64,000 nucleotides of DNA from Octopus sinensis (taxonomy: Eukaryota), in contig NC_042998.1 of the NCBI RefSeq assembly GCF_006345805.1, positions 125,550,001 through 125,614,000 of the forward strand. Reading direction: 5' to 3'. The notes beneath the pieces are model-generated. The model saw nothing but the letters and a program-made list of their open reading frames with translations. It did no database searches and had not been told where the DNA came from. Every line of letters starts with the position of its first letter. Position 1 is the first letter of the stretch. Made by a program: the position numbers and the translations under genes. This document shows positions 38,447-52,800 of this stretch, piece after piece.

Positions 38447-38662
38447 ATTTCTTTATTGCCCACAAGGGGCTAAACATAGAGGGGACAAACAGATTAAGTC
38501 GATTAGATCAACCCCAGTGTGTAAATGGTACTTAATTTATTGACGCCGAAAGGATGAAAGGCAAAGTTAACCTCGGCAGAATTTGAACTCAGAACGTAAC
38601 GGCAGACGAAATACTGCTAAGCATTTCGCCCAGCATGCTAATGTTTCTGCCAGCTTGCCGCC
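38447..38662 (-). mobile_element. tRNA-derived SINE, family 3, with a 20-bp TSD
   Basis: TSD ttgtaYagcacacagttctt at 38427-38446 and 38663-38682 (1 mismatch). Confidence 0.88.
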
Positions 38663-40642
38663 TTGTATAGCACACAGTTCTTGGTCATCACTCAACACAT
38701 ACACTACACACTGATAACTTAGTAAAATAACACAATGTATACTCTACACCCAACACTAACACAAACTCACATTGCATGTATCCTACACAGTAAACAGACA
38801 AAACACTTGAGTGACAACAGAAACAAAGAAACAAAACTGTGTAATATATAAAAACAATTTGCATCCCACCCAACCACAAAAAAAAAATAAATGCTGCACA
38901 CACCTCAGGAACATAATAGCACAGCAGAAACATAAATGAAATGGTTGAAAATGTGATGATGATATAGGTGCTAAGCCAAAAATTAGTGAGAAAGGAGCTG
39001 TTGAATTCATTACTCCCTGCACTTAACTGGTACTTTATTTTATTGAAGCTGGAAAGCTGAAAGTCAAAGTTGACCACAGTGAGCATAAAGAACTGAAATA
39101 AAGACACCACAAGGCATTTTGTCCAAAGTACTAAGGATTCTGCCAATCTACTACCTTAATAACAACAACAAAAATAATAACTAGCAGGACCCATGGATAT
39201 TCCACAATTCATGTTTCTAACTTGATGCATAAAATTGAAGATTTTCATAACATTGTTTCATATGTTAAAAATTATGTCCTTGATTTTCTTCTATAATTAA
39301 GTTTGTTGAATATATAAACACTAACTTGTTCTATTATGGTGAATTTTCAGTTATTGCTTAAGCCTGTTAAAAATGGCATACAAGCACATATCATGACAAG
39401 CTGAATATTATTATTATCATTGAACTGGCAGTCATAACAGCATCAGACAAAATGCTTAACAGCATTTGTTACAATACTTTACATTTTCAGTTCAAATCCT
39501 GCGCCAAAGTTAACTTTGCATTTCATTCTTCTGGGATTGATAAAATAAAGTACCAAACAAGTACTGGGGTTAGCAGTATTGACAAATCCCCTAGCTTCAA
39601 AATATTGGCCTTGTGCTTAAATCAGAAACATTATTATTATCATTATTAGGGCAGTAATCAACTCATACCCCCAAAACTTGTACCTATGTTAGGTATTAAG
39701 TACTATTACTAAGGTAGGTAGATTATCAAAAATATAGTGAAGTATATAGTTTCATTTGTCTGTTCTGTTGTAGACAAGTTTGCATTTCATTCTATTTAGT
39801 TGGAGGTGGTTAAATAAATATCAAGCATGTACTTGTGTCAACTAAATCAACTGTTTTCCTCAATTCTAAAATGTATGGCTTTGAATCTTTTTTTGGCAAA
39901 CAAAACATCTTGCAATATTTTTTTTCTAGTGCCTTATGTCCTTTGTTAAATTTTGTCATAGTCAGCTCTGCCTTTCAACCTACTGACATTGATAAAATAA
40001 AGTACTAGTCAAGTACCAGAGACAATATAATTAACTTGCCACAAATTTGAGGCCCTGTGTTTATGCTAGAAATAAATTTTATAAAACTGGATATGTATCA
40101 TGATTTTTAGAATAGTTAACCTATATCCTTGCACATTGTAAGAGGTGACCAAAGAGCAGGTAAAAAAAAATTGTGCATCCAGTCAGAAAACACAACTTTA
40201 AAATGTCCCTAGCTAATCCATGCCAACATAGAAAAGTAAATATAAAAATGATAAAGAATTTTGTTATAGTTCTTTACATTTTAAGTTCAAATCCTGCCCA
40301 AAATGGTTAAGAAGAAAAAAAATATAATTACTGTCATGTAGAGGCAAAAATAGATCATTGGACTATAATGCTTAGCAATATTTAATTTTGATCTTCTTTA
40401 ACCAAAGTTGACACCAGAATCTAACTGGGAAAGTGTGTGAGTGTAGAAGGAAGTCTGAAAAAACTTGGGGCTTGTTCCAAATGACTATACCCCTCACAAG
40501 TTTGGTCTTTTATCAATTTCAGCACCACCATTATCATAATCTTCATAAAAATGGAACATGGATGTTGAATGATGATGATGATTATTATTAAATGAATGAA
40601 TGAATCTGTTTTTAAACATAATCTTGGTTTGATAACACTTAC

Positions 40643-40733
40643 CCTGAAAGTGTGGCTTCTTTGATGAACACATAAGTCTTTGGAAATATTCCCCTCTCAT
40701 GTTTGTTTTTAATTTTGTAACCTTTATACCACC
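40643..40733 (-). CDS. DOCK1: DOCK-A family GEF, exon A (SH3 C-terminal half: GWYKGYKIKNKHERGIFPKTYVFIKEATLS)
   Basis: ttttcattttag|GG TGG ... TCA GG|gtaagt. 91 nt, phase 1 to 2. Resembles DOCK1 GWYRGY...GIFPASYIHLKEA. Confidence 0.93.
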
Positions 40734-43700
40734 CTAAAATGAAAATTAAAAAAATGTATAAATGGAAGAATTCATAAAAGAGAAATGTTTCATACCTAAG
40801 AAGACAAACAAAAGGATTCTTGTTTAGCAAATAATGATGAAAGTAATGACAAGAGTAGCAGTAAAAGTAATAAAACTGAAAATGAATTTCTATCTTGTAA
40901 AATGGACTTGTTTCAACAAACATCAAAATTTGCCAACGCAGTAAATAGATAGGTAAACCAACAATAATGATATAGAGTTCCTTGAATTTGACCTCAAATT
41001 TGGGGGAGGATATGGTCAATAAAACTCTAAAGGGGAGCAAAATTAAATTCTGAAGTGCATGTATTCCAGTGCTCAACTGTTTCTATCACATCACTTAGGA
41101 ACATGACAAATTGTAGAAGAGACAGGGAATAATTGACTTCAAGATCAATATATTAGAGGATACTTTTTTATTGAGCCTAGAGAGAAGGGAGGTGAAGTCA
41201 AACTTGGTAGGATTTCAATTTCAAGGTAAATCTATATTAATAAACGTGAATTTCTGTCTGTCCAGGACCCCTGCATCTCAGTCTACATTTGCTCTACATA
41301 GACATATTATACCTTTTTGGAATTGGATGATCCTGGGATTAAAGATCTGCCCTTCATTTGGTTCTTGAACATCTGGCATTGAAATCTGAATTTAAAGCAT
41401 TTGGGTTGCTATTTCTAGCTGACAAAGCTTGGCTGATTCATGCCATCTTGGTTGGCATTGTTAGATGATGTCAGAAGTTAAGGGGCAGATAAATGACATT
41501 TGTTCCATTAATTTTACATTGAGATGAGAACTATGGGACAAACTGGCCAACAGTTGGAACAATAGAATGATTGCATTACAGAATTAATTCTCATCTGTCC
41601 TTAACCTCTGATCAAACACCACAGAGACAGATAGACATATAGTCATGCCATTTATCTCTCTTTAGTTTTGAGCCACAGGCCCAATTAGTCCTCTGCAGGA
41701 GCTAGTTTAAAAGTCTGCACAGAGTGTGGCTTTGAAGCTAGTAATTTGATATAATTGAAATTGTAATAAATTGGTTTTTCAGTGTAACAGCAGAGAGCAT
41801 GTAGTGGAATATGCTAGAATGGAATGAGGATATAAAATAACAATGATTTTGATATATATATATATTGTTGTTTGCTTCTATTCACTAGGCAAGAAATAGC
41901 CTCAATTTCAAGCAGACACTCACTGAGTTAATACAAAACAGATGCATTAAAAAAATTATCACAAGATTATTGGATATTCTCAACTCTATGCTTTCTCCAC
42001 TCATTGATCAACTACTTTACAGAGTGTACTAGATGTATTATATTATAGTACCAGTACTAGAAAGGTCATATCTCCAGCAAGACTAATAAATTTATGTTTT
42101 CTCTGCTCACTAGAGAGTGCACCTTGCACATTTCATGCTTGAACCAACATAAGAAGGTGTTGCGTTGTACAAATAAATGTAAAGGTCTAGTCACTATTCT
42201 AAGAGATGTAATTTGTTCAAGGTAACACGATTGAGGTGGGGGAATAGAAAGGAGAGGAAGAGAGAGTACAAATGATGATAGCAGAACCAGAATGGGTGGG
42301 TGAAAGGAACAAGAGTATGATTGAAGAGATAGAGCAATTGGGGTGAAGGGAGGAAGTTAAGGATAATATTAGAGGTAGATATAGTCAAAAATAAGTGATG
42401 GGTGACAACAGAAATGACTGTGGAGGCAGAGAGGAGATGAAAACTGACGCTACAGAAAAGTTGAAGGTAGCGTGCGTGTGTATACATAACAATATTTATA
42501 ACGACATGTCTCAACGTAATCTATATCTTCTAACTAAAACATGTATGACTGTACCTATATCAATGCAAACATACATACATGATTTTCTATTAAAATAATC
42601 CATATCTTCATTTTCAAATTAATCTCTCTCCATGATCTCTCTCTCTCTCTCTCTCTGTTTTCACATATAGGCTACATTGTTTTAAATCTACCCTATATTG
42701 ATGTGGAAAAAAGAATTTGATTTTGGTACTGAGATTGATAAACTATATGGTAGTTTCTATTTTGCCTCTACAACACTTAATTTCTATCTCCTTTTTGCCA
42801 TTTCAAAGCAGGTGCAAAGGCTTTTATGGCTTATCCAGTTTCAGCTCATCTCATCTCAAGCATGCCTGACACAAAAGCAGCCTTTAAAATTGTTGAGGGC
42901 AACCTTGAGCCTAAGGTATAACATACTCCAATCTGATTTTGAATCACAGACACACTTGGTCATGCAGAGGTTGGTTGCATAGAGTACAATGTATTAATAA
43001 AATATGTAGCTTCTACTTTATTGTCCAAATGCTTTGGGGTAGTCTAACCAAGTTGCTGTCATTGACAGTTGACTAGATTTTTAAGACAATATTAACCAAT
43101 TTATCCTTCTTTCAGGAAGTGATTTGTGAAAGATTATGCTTGCTATTTTTACCAGGCCAAGTAATTGTGTAGAGATTCCTTCTTTAGTGCATCCCAAGCA
43201 GGCAAATATGGTTAGTGATAACAAACTTCAAAATAATATGAATAATGATTATTAATAATAAACAACCTCTTTTCTGAAGTAAGGTAAATATAAAGGGCTA
43301 CTTACCATAAAAGTGTAGAGGCAGTTTTACAAAGAAACCTACATATGCCTGGATGTGTTATAACATGTTACATTATACAACTTTGAGCTTCACATATATG
43401 TTTCAAATATTCTAATGTTATTCTATTTTTAGCCTTTTTTTTTTTTTTTGTAACACTACACTAAAAGAAACATAAAGCAACCATGACTTTTATTCTACTA
43501 TCTTAAAAACAAATTAATTACAAAAACACACTAGTCATAAGGTTGCATGTGTTGAATCAGTGATTGTAAGATACTGAGTTCAAAATGTAGCCACAACCAA
43601 ATTTTAAAATTATATAAGTACAAAACTGATTTTGCATTTGAGGGCTGTGAAGAGTATCCTATTGGAATGTTACTTAATTCCTGACAGGCACATTAGCAAT

Positions 43701-44864
43701 AACAATGAGACAACAGTACCTTTTTCCTAATGAAAGTCAGAGAGTAAAAAGAAGTTTCTACGGTAAATTCTATGAAGCTACAAAGAAATTAATTCTCTTA
43801 TTGATCTTGTTTACTATTCATTTTTGCAGTGATGATGATGGTGTGTTGGATACTTGATGTTATTTTTAAAAAAAAGAATGAATACAAGTCTGCTAAGAAA
43901 GTGAGATATTTTCGCAACAGTTCTATGTAGATGAATACTGGTTTGAATTTTGTAAAGTTACTAGATAAAGTATGACAGGCAAATGGGTGCTTTGTGATCA
44001 CAGTGGAATGCATGGTTGAGGTATTTCAATGAAAAACTTCAGAGAAGTTTGTTAAGTTATATATGATAATACTTGATAGCAATCAGGACTCAGAGATAAG
44101 GAGATACTCTATTGCAGACACAAAATGGATGCTAAAACATTGATGGTAATAAGAAAGTGGAAGAAATATTACTAAAAAAAAAAAAAAAAAGAAAATGAGT
44201 TGTCAAATAGAAAACGAAATGTGTAAATTGACAACAACAATTTTTTTTTTAATTAGGCATGAAGCCCTAAAGTTATGCAGTATGGGGAAAAGAGGACAAT
44301 CAGCTGTGCTATTCTAACAGAGGATTGAAATTGGGTCACAGATTCCATTGCTGAGAATATACTGCCATACAATGCCACTGATACAACATATTTCTTAATC
44401 TTTCATAACAATAAAGATGATGATGAAGATTTATAGGAGAAAGGAAGTTGAAGCATTTGAACTATTTCTAAAAGAACATTTTAGAACAAAGTGTATTCAA
44501 CCGGGGAATTGAAACAAGTCACACATTACAATAAATTACTTCTTTTACCAAAGAATAAAAAGTTTTTATTTATTTCTTCTATCTTGTTTATTTATTTTTT
44601 GAAATTGGAAGATATTTTGATATTTATTTGTCTAGTTCTATATTCTCTCTACTAATCTACCACTACTATTGATAAATCATTTCTATCATTGGCACAGTGG
44701 TGGAATTTTGGTATAAGAGTGCAGCCAATTTAATTTAAATAATCTCAATACCTGATTGGTACATATCTACCCAAAAAGAATAAAAGACAAAGTAAACTCT
44801 ATCAAGATTTGAACTCATGATTTAAAGAGGCACAAGGAAGTAATGCAGGTATATATTCTGGCAT

Positions 44865-45165
44865 GCCAGCACCGCCCCGTTTCGTGTCCGTTGCCAGCCT
44901 CGCCTGGCCCTCGTGCCGGTGGCACATAAAAAGCACCGTCCGTTCGTGGCCGTTTGCCAGCTCTGTCTGGCACCTGTGCGGGTGGCACGTAAAAAGCACC
45001 CGCTACACTCTCGGAGTGGTTGGTGTTAGGAAGGGCATCCAGCCGTAGAAACACTGCCAGATTTGACTGGGCCTGATGAAGCCTTCTGGCTTCACAGACC
45101 CCAGTAGAACCGTCCAACCCATGCTAGCATGGAAAACGGACGCTAAACGATGATGATGATGATGA
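44865..45165 (+). mobile_element. Young RTE 3' UTR copy inserted into an old SINE
   Basis: About 6 differences in ~300 bp versus 28764-29065. (GAT)n tail. Confidence 0.92.
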
Positions 45166-47761
45166 TTTTGATACCAATTGTGATAATGATTTCTATCTCT
45201 GAAAGAAAACCACAGATTTCTAAATTTAAATAAATGAGACAGATGAAAATTTCAAAATTTTAATTTTTTTAGAGAAAATTTATGACCGAAGTGACTTGGA
45301 AGTTCTATGATTCTTTGTCATTGCTAATTCATGTTAAAAGAAATAAGAAAACAAAACAGAACAGTGTAACAAAAAGCATCCAGTTGTAGCATTTTCTGCT
45401 CCACTAACAAATGATCTGGTGCATAAAATGATGCCCCATTTATTGTGCAATCAGAACTGAGTTAACTTATGATGCATCTCTAGGGCAGTGACATACATAT
45501 ATTTAGACAGACTTCATAACCTCCTACCAGCATAGAACATATGTTGAAATGATGACGAAGACAAATTTATGTATGGTTGTTAAAAAAAGATCTCTATTTT
45601 TAAACTTGTATTTTATTAGCCTACTAAAATTTCTAGTTTTGATATAGCATATTAGGTTTAACCTTATAATTTGTAAGATACAATGTATATACTCGCAAGT
45701 TTTGTGATGTTTATCATCAGATGGACAAAGTAGTGGGGACCATAAGAAAAAAGATATATTCACTTCTATAAAATGAGAAATGTTAACCTAGTGTAGTTTT
45801 AAACCAGGGATTCTTGTGAATTTCAGTCAAGCTTTCTACCAACTACCTCTCTAACATAAATCTCCTCAAAGTTCACTGAGTCCACTCAGCAACAAAAGTA
45901 TGAAAAGAACCTGTCACAGACTTATTGCATTGTGTTTATGAGATTTTTTAACACCATCACTTATAAATAATATAGATGACAAAGTAAAAGATATTCAACT
46001 TTGCATGAATGGTGAACAAATCTTCTTCAACAAACTTTTTATTCTTTGAAATACAAATCATCTTCGTTAGCTTTAAATTTTACGATATTTTTTAAAAAGA
46101 TATGATAGTTAAAGTTAGAATGCCAACCAAATGGTAATAAAAATCATAAATATGATTCCAACATACCACACATTACATATCTGCATATTTGAAATACTGG
46201 AATTGAGTTGCCACATTTGATTGGTTACCCTTGTATCAAAGTTATGTTTGGGCTACTCAATAGTAACAAGATATTTGAATCATATATATATAACGATAGG
46301 TGTTATGTGGTTACAGACCAGTCTGAAATATGGTATATTTGAGATTCTTGAGAACTGCAATGAAATTTTATATCAGTTAAGTTCTTAGGATGCCATTCTA
46401 CTGGATAAAGAGCTGATGATATATATCCTGTCACTTCAATTGTATGGTGCCCCTACCAAAATCAGTTAATTCTTAATAGATCAATTTTCTTAGCTATAAA
46501 TTAGTATCATGCTAACTCTTATAAAGATGAAAAGCACTCTAATTAATGTGTGGCCTGACGAAAATCATTAAACGACAAATACCTATTTCCACAAAAACTG
46601 CATAGACTGCAACATCATGAATCAACATGGGTGTTGCAAAGGATAGATTGGTTAAAAACTCAAAAGAGCATAAAGTTATGAGACTAGCCCCTTATGCACT
46701 GAGCCATTGCAAACATCACCTGTGAGACAGGGAATAAGAGAGATTAATTTTCAAAGCGTCATTAGTCATGTCTTCATACAACTGCCTGCAAATATTTCTT
46801 TTAAAATTTATCATCAAAGAGAAAGAAAATTTATGTGGGCTGTATCATGATTCAGTCTATAGTAAGAGTTACATACAGCCACCATTAAGTTGTTAATTCA
46901 GGTTTGTTATAATCTCAGTGTAAGTAACTGATATCAATGGGAAATTTTATATATATATATGTGTGTGTGTGTGTATGCATGCATGGCTCAGAACTATTTT
47001 TAGACAAAAATATATGTGTATTTCTGCTACTATTCTCATTACATTATTTTGCTTGTGGATAACTGTAGCAAAATTAAAGAGAACCATGTTAAAGAAATCT
47101 AAGCAGAAAAATAGTTAATATTTAATTATGAAATATATCCTAAAGAAAACAGTAGTTCTAACTTTCAAGTTGGATAAATACAAGACACACTTTATGGATA
47201 GCAGACTCTACTAAATTTCTTTTAGGATAAAGATGGGAGATTTTATAATTTATATTTTTACTCTTATAATTTTCTATAAGCAAAAGGAAAAGAAATGAAT
47301 AAAAGCAAAATGTAAAACAATACTACTAGCTATATATATTTATACAGTATTTACCTTGCCTGAAGATGAAGTAAGTAATATATATGTAAACATTCATTTT
47401 ATGGTAATATTATACCTCAAATGTACCTGAGAACTTGCTAGTCTCTGAAATTGCTCACAGATTGAGCTTTATAAGTATATTTACAAGATTTAAGTATCTA
47501 TGCATGCTTCTTACAAAACAAATACAAATTGTAGTTTGTTTAAAGATGGAAAATGGGAGAGGGGGTAATATATCCTCTCAAGCATGGCAGGCATAATATT
47601 ACACACATCTGGCAACAAAAGCTATTAAGTTCCCAGATGAAGAGAATGGGACTATGTAGTCCCCAATGTAGCCAGTTTTGGTTCCATTTTCAGAGGTTGG
47701 TCACTTCAATAAACAATAGCATTTGCTTGGCAGTCAGACTAAGCAACCACTTATTGGAAAC

Positions 47762-48348
47762 CATTTCAAAAATGTGTCCTCTCTTATCATCATGTATATC
47801 TTGGCTCTTGAACCATTGCTGCTAAACCATATTCAATGAATATGAAGTGATAACAGGAGCACATTATTAATCCCAACAAGTTAATGAGCTTACAACTCAA
47901 CACCAGGAGAGGCAAGTCCATGACAGCCAACAATGAGATGAATAGGATCAGAAAGAAGCTAATAATCTAGTTGCCCTGTCCTACCCAGAAATAGATTGAG
48001 AAGAAGCTACACCTGAAAGATTAAGCAAAGGTAATTAATACATTGCTCTGTAATTCATTACTGTCTACTCGAGTTTTCATCTGACCAGGTTGGAATGTCT
48101 GCTTATTTGCTTCTTGCGGAATGTATACATTCCACAGGTTTAGTAAGTCTGTCTGCTGCCAATGTTGATAATGGTATAGCAACCCTTAGATTCTGTAGAG
48201 GGTTAGTGGTGGACAAGAACAAAAATATTTGGATGAAGACTCTGTGGGTCCTTGTTATTACTTCATATTCATTGAATATGGTATCACAGCAATGGTTCAA
48301 GAGCCAAGATATACATGAGTGATAAGACAGGACACATTTTTTTAAATG
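47762..48348. repeat. Long inverted repeat (~95-bp arms, ~400-bp spacer), unassigned element
   Basis: Perfect 32-bp block 47790-47821 / 48287-48318 and 23-bp block 47826-47848 / 48260-48282. Confidence 0.85.
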
Positions 48349-48856
48349 ATTTCAAAATATTTCAATGGACTTTCAGCTGGGGGACTATAGATAACTCCCT
48401 GAAATCTTTGGCTTATTTGTGTAACCAAGAAGGACAGCTAGTTTAATATAAACTCTACAGGTATGATGATGCTAGTAGCTGGACGTGTTTGAGATGCATG
48501 CAGGGCCAAGAAACTATTCTGCACATACTCATTCAGCATCCAGATTTTACTGACTTGAGAAGTTACCTCAATTAACATATTAAAAGTGGGAAGGATTTAG
48601 CTATCTATGAAGTCTACTGTAAGGATCACCATTCCACCTACCATTAGCCAGGAAGGAAAAGCAGTTTTCCTCTTGTCAGCAGTCAAGATGAAAGAAATTA
48701 AATAGTGAACAAGAGTGAAGAAAGACTGAAGAAAGACACTTTCTTCTTTAAATGAGCTCTGATCAACTTGAAGTTCCACTTGGAGAATTATGTGAAAATG
48801 AAGAGGCAAGTATTTCCCCTCAGAGAATTTTCTGAAGGTTGGTAAGAATAGCCCTT

Positions 48857-49056
48857 TAAGGCGGCGAGCTGGCAGAAACGTTAGCACACTGGGCGAAATG
48901 CTTAGCGGTATTTTGTCTGCCGTTATGTTCTGAGTTCAAATTCCGCTGAGATTGACTTTGCTTTTCATCCTTTTGGGGTTGATATAATTAACTTAATCCG
49001 TTTGTCTGTCCTTGTTTGTCCCCTCTATGTTTAGCCCCTTGTGGGCAATAAAGAAA
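48857..49056 (+). mobile_element. tRNA-derived SINE, family 3, with a 14-bp TSD
   Basis: TSD taagaatagcYctt at 48843-48856 and 49057-49070. Reverse complement of the 38447 copy. Confidence 0.86.
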
Positions 49057-49867
49057 TAAGAATAGCTCTTGCCCGTGGTAATCAAAGTAATCTTGGACCT
49101 GTGAGGTTTCCTTGATTAGCCCTTGATAACTGTGTTGCTATTGAGATGTCTAATTTCATTCCTTTTGTATAATGTTGTATTTCATGCCTGTTTTTTTCCT
49201 ACAATCAATTAATTGTACATACTCCCCACCACCACCACCATGTAATGTCCCCTCATCCATCATCCTTGAGTTATTTGTTCTAGCTCATTATGTACTGAGT
49301 TCAAACTCCACCAGGTCAACTTTGTCTTTCATCCTACTGGGATCTGTAAATTAAAGTGTCAGTGAAGAACTGAAGCTGATTGACTACATTCTCCATCCCT
49401 AGCCCTCACAAATTCTGACCTTGTGCCAATGTTAGAAACAATTATCATTATTATCATTACTAGGTGAAACACTGACCTCAAGACAACCACTGGAGGAAAA
49501 ATAATGGCTTTTACTCTTCATGCACTTCTGACACAGAAACAATAAATATTCTCAGCTAAGTATACTTATTTTGGCTCATTGTTGTTAATCCTTCAATTTG
49601 GTTGACTGAGCAAACAATCAAGCCATGACCACCTTGCTTTTTTTCTTGCCAAGATAAAATCCATCCTGAACTATGTTATATTATTTAATGTGTTATGTTT
49701 CAAGGTAGTAAAGTATGATATGAGGGAGATTTGGATACTATCTCTAGCAAGTTGAGTGACTATGTAAAGACCTACTAATATTGTTTTTGTCATTAATATC
49801 TGGTATGGCCTTAAACTAATGTTCAAATCATTAATAATATCTATCAATTGTGGGATGATCTATCAAT

Positions 49868-52800
49868 TGTGGGATGATGTCAGTGGCTGGGGAGCTGACC
49901 AAAAGAGGAAGGGCGCGCAGGTGACGTGCGCACAGGTGGGGGAAGATTGTGCCCTTTTGATCAGGGAAGCCGTGAGTGCAGGACATGTCAGTGCTTTGTT
50001 GCGACTAGCATTCGTGAGTGGGTTCCCTGACGACATAAGGATTCAACTGCAGCAATTGCCCGGAGGCAAAAAAATGGTACTGAGCGAACTTGTAGCTCAA
50101 GCTCGCGTGTTGACGTGAAACACTGGATGGAAGGCGATAGTGATGGTGGTAATAGAGGTGCATAATGACAGACGACAACTGGAGAAAGACGCGAAGAAGC
50201 CTACCATGCAACAACAGTGGCCGTTCTCAGGCCGGCGTTTTAAATGTCAGGGATCACACATGGCAAGGGAGTGTATGCAACCGGGGCCCGTCTACTATCA
50301 ATGCAGGAAGACAGAGCACATTGCCCGTGATTGTGACCAGGGAAACAACTGTGGGGAAGTTGCTGCCTCTCGAACTTTCCCCGCAAATGAGTAGAGGCGC
50401 TTGTGGAGACGCTGCCCGTAACTGATGTCGGGGCCGAGGGGAAGGTGTTCAAAGCCCTCATGGATATGGGTTGCATGACCACCCTCATGACTCCAAGGGT
50501 GACGAAGAAATGGAATAGGGCAAGTAGCATCCGGGCGGTCGATGGCAGCAAAATTCAATGCAAGAGCAGCAGTAATGGAGAGATAGCAGTGCAAGGCACG
50601 ATGCTAAGGCTGCAGGTAATTGGGACTGAACACGATTGGTAGACGGGGTTGATGTGGTGATGGGGATGCCTCGGTGGTGTCGGGATTGCAGGTGATGAGG
50701 TCACGTTTGGAAGCGTGGGGGCATTGTGCACTTGGATTCAGGATCGCCAGAGAGAGCAGAGCTCCATGAGGGACTGCACAAGGATTTTCAGGCGGCATTC
50801 GATGGTTGGCGGTGAACGATAGAGTGGCGATGAACAGATAAGCCCCCCCACCGATTCTGAAGAACAGGGCGAGTTGCTACCAGCGTACCCTGAAAGATCA
50901 TACCAGGGTTGAGTTCAAAGATTAGAAAGGCCACCAGTTCCTGCATAGACAACATTTTGGCAGACGAGACTATAGTGCCAGCAACACCAAGGTAGTAAGA
51001 CATCTGGAGAAGTTCGGGCTGATTGCAAAGCCACCAGAGTCGATAGCAGGGGGAGCTGCGCTAGGGCTGAAGCTACGAAGACATAGATTGGGTGAGTTAG
51101 TGTTCCAGAGAGGAAATGAAATCCCAGAGCTGAGTTCCAGCGTCAGCAGGAGAAAGCTGTTCTGTGTGTGGGGAGTTGGTCTGTCACTACCAGATCACTG
51201 GATGGTTGTGCACAGCATGCAGTTACACCAAGAGACAAGCAGAGGGAGAGAGTTGGGGCAACAAGGTGAGAGAGGGGATGGTAGCGATGATGCGGGAAAC
51301 CCTAGAGAGGATGAGAGCAGAAGACCCGGTCAGGGGGAACTGGTATGTGTCAAAGATGGAATGCGAGACCGTTTGGTGTGATGCTAGCAGTATAGCGATA
51401 GGGGTTGTGTTGGAGATCGAAGGCACTGAGGTGGTGGATGTGGCCTGGCTTTGGAAAGCAGACGACTTTAAGCACATCAATGTCGCCAAATTAGATGTGG
51501 TGCTGAAGGGGGGGAACTTGGCCCTGAAATGGGGGCTGTGCTCAATCGAAATCCGAATGGATTCAGTCACCATGCTCAGCTGGGTAGGATCGGTGATCAC
51601 CGGTGAGAGGAGAGTTCAGACAAAAGATGCCGCGGAGATGATAGTGAAGCGCTGCCTAGGAGTTCTAAGAGAGCTGATTGCCGAGTTTGGACTGAAGCTG
51701 AGCATGGTTTCCATGCCTTTGAAGAGAAACAGGACAGACGCACCAACCAGGGTGAAAAGGGCATGGTTGGAGGAGCCAGAGGAGGCAAAGAAAGGGATAG
51801 CTGCGGCATGTCGGTTGGATAACTCCGAACTGAAAAGACTGCATGCTATGCATCACTTGGAGGTGGATAGGACCCTGTATCTCGCGAAGATGATTGATGC
51901 TGACATCACTAGGAGAAGCATCTGGAAAGTGGTCAGGAACTGTGCCAGGTGCCAGTCCACTGACCCTGCTCTGTGTGGGCATGAGCAAGGAAACTTTTCC
52001 AATGAGCACAACTGGAAGAAACTAGCTGTGGATGTGACGCACTACCGTCAGGGAATGTATCTCTCCATGATCGACTGCAGGCTGGCCAGATAGCCATTTG
52101 GAGGGAGTTGAGGATGGGCATTGCTGACGAGATTGCGCAGATTTTGAACAGGATGTTTTTAGAGAGGGGTCTTGTGGAAGAACTGCTAATAGACAACGGG
52201 GCGGCGTTTCATTCGGAAGTGTTGAGGGATATGCTCGACCAGTGGAAAGTGTGTCGCTTGTTCAGAGCAGCATATAGGCCGAGCAGTAATGGAATTGTAG
52301 AGAGGCACTATCGGACAATCAAGGTCATGGCAGAAAGAGGGCACATTTTGCTGCTGGAAGCAATTTTCTGGTATAACATGTCTCCCTGATCCGTACAAGC
52401 TGAAGAATCTGTGCCACACAGAGCAGTATTTAAGTACGAATGGAGGCATCGCAGTAAAGCGCCTGTGTGAAAATAGGGGAGGAAGTTTGGGTTAAGCCAC
52501 TGAAGGTGCACTGTACATCTCAATGGAGTAGAGGAATGGTGACAACGGTCAATTCCAGGTACAACATCTCCATGGATGGACTGCAACATCATTTTGGACC
52601 TTCGTAGGATTGTCACTTCATCAGATGATGATTATGGAGAGGAGGAGAACGAGGTGCCTGGCTTAAGGAGATCTCGACACATATGGTACCCGCCCAGTTG
52701 GATGGTGGACTTTGATGTGGAGTAGGGAAGGATGTGATCTTTAAGATCAGGGTGGTGTGTGGGATGACGTCAGCGACTGGGGAGCTGACCAGAAGAGGAA

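Noticed and set aside
43306-43338. 33-nt phase 1-1 candidate exon with a perfect gtaagt donor
   Set aside because: No polypyrimidine tract, no SH3 similarity and no in-frame ATG after the upstream stop.
47355-47359. cag|GCAAG|gtaaat 5-nt micro-exon
   Set aside because: It would shift the frame, and such motifs arise by chance in 64 kb.
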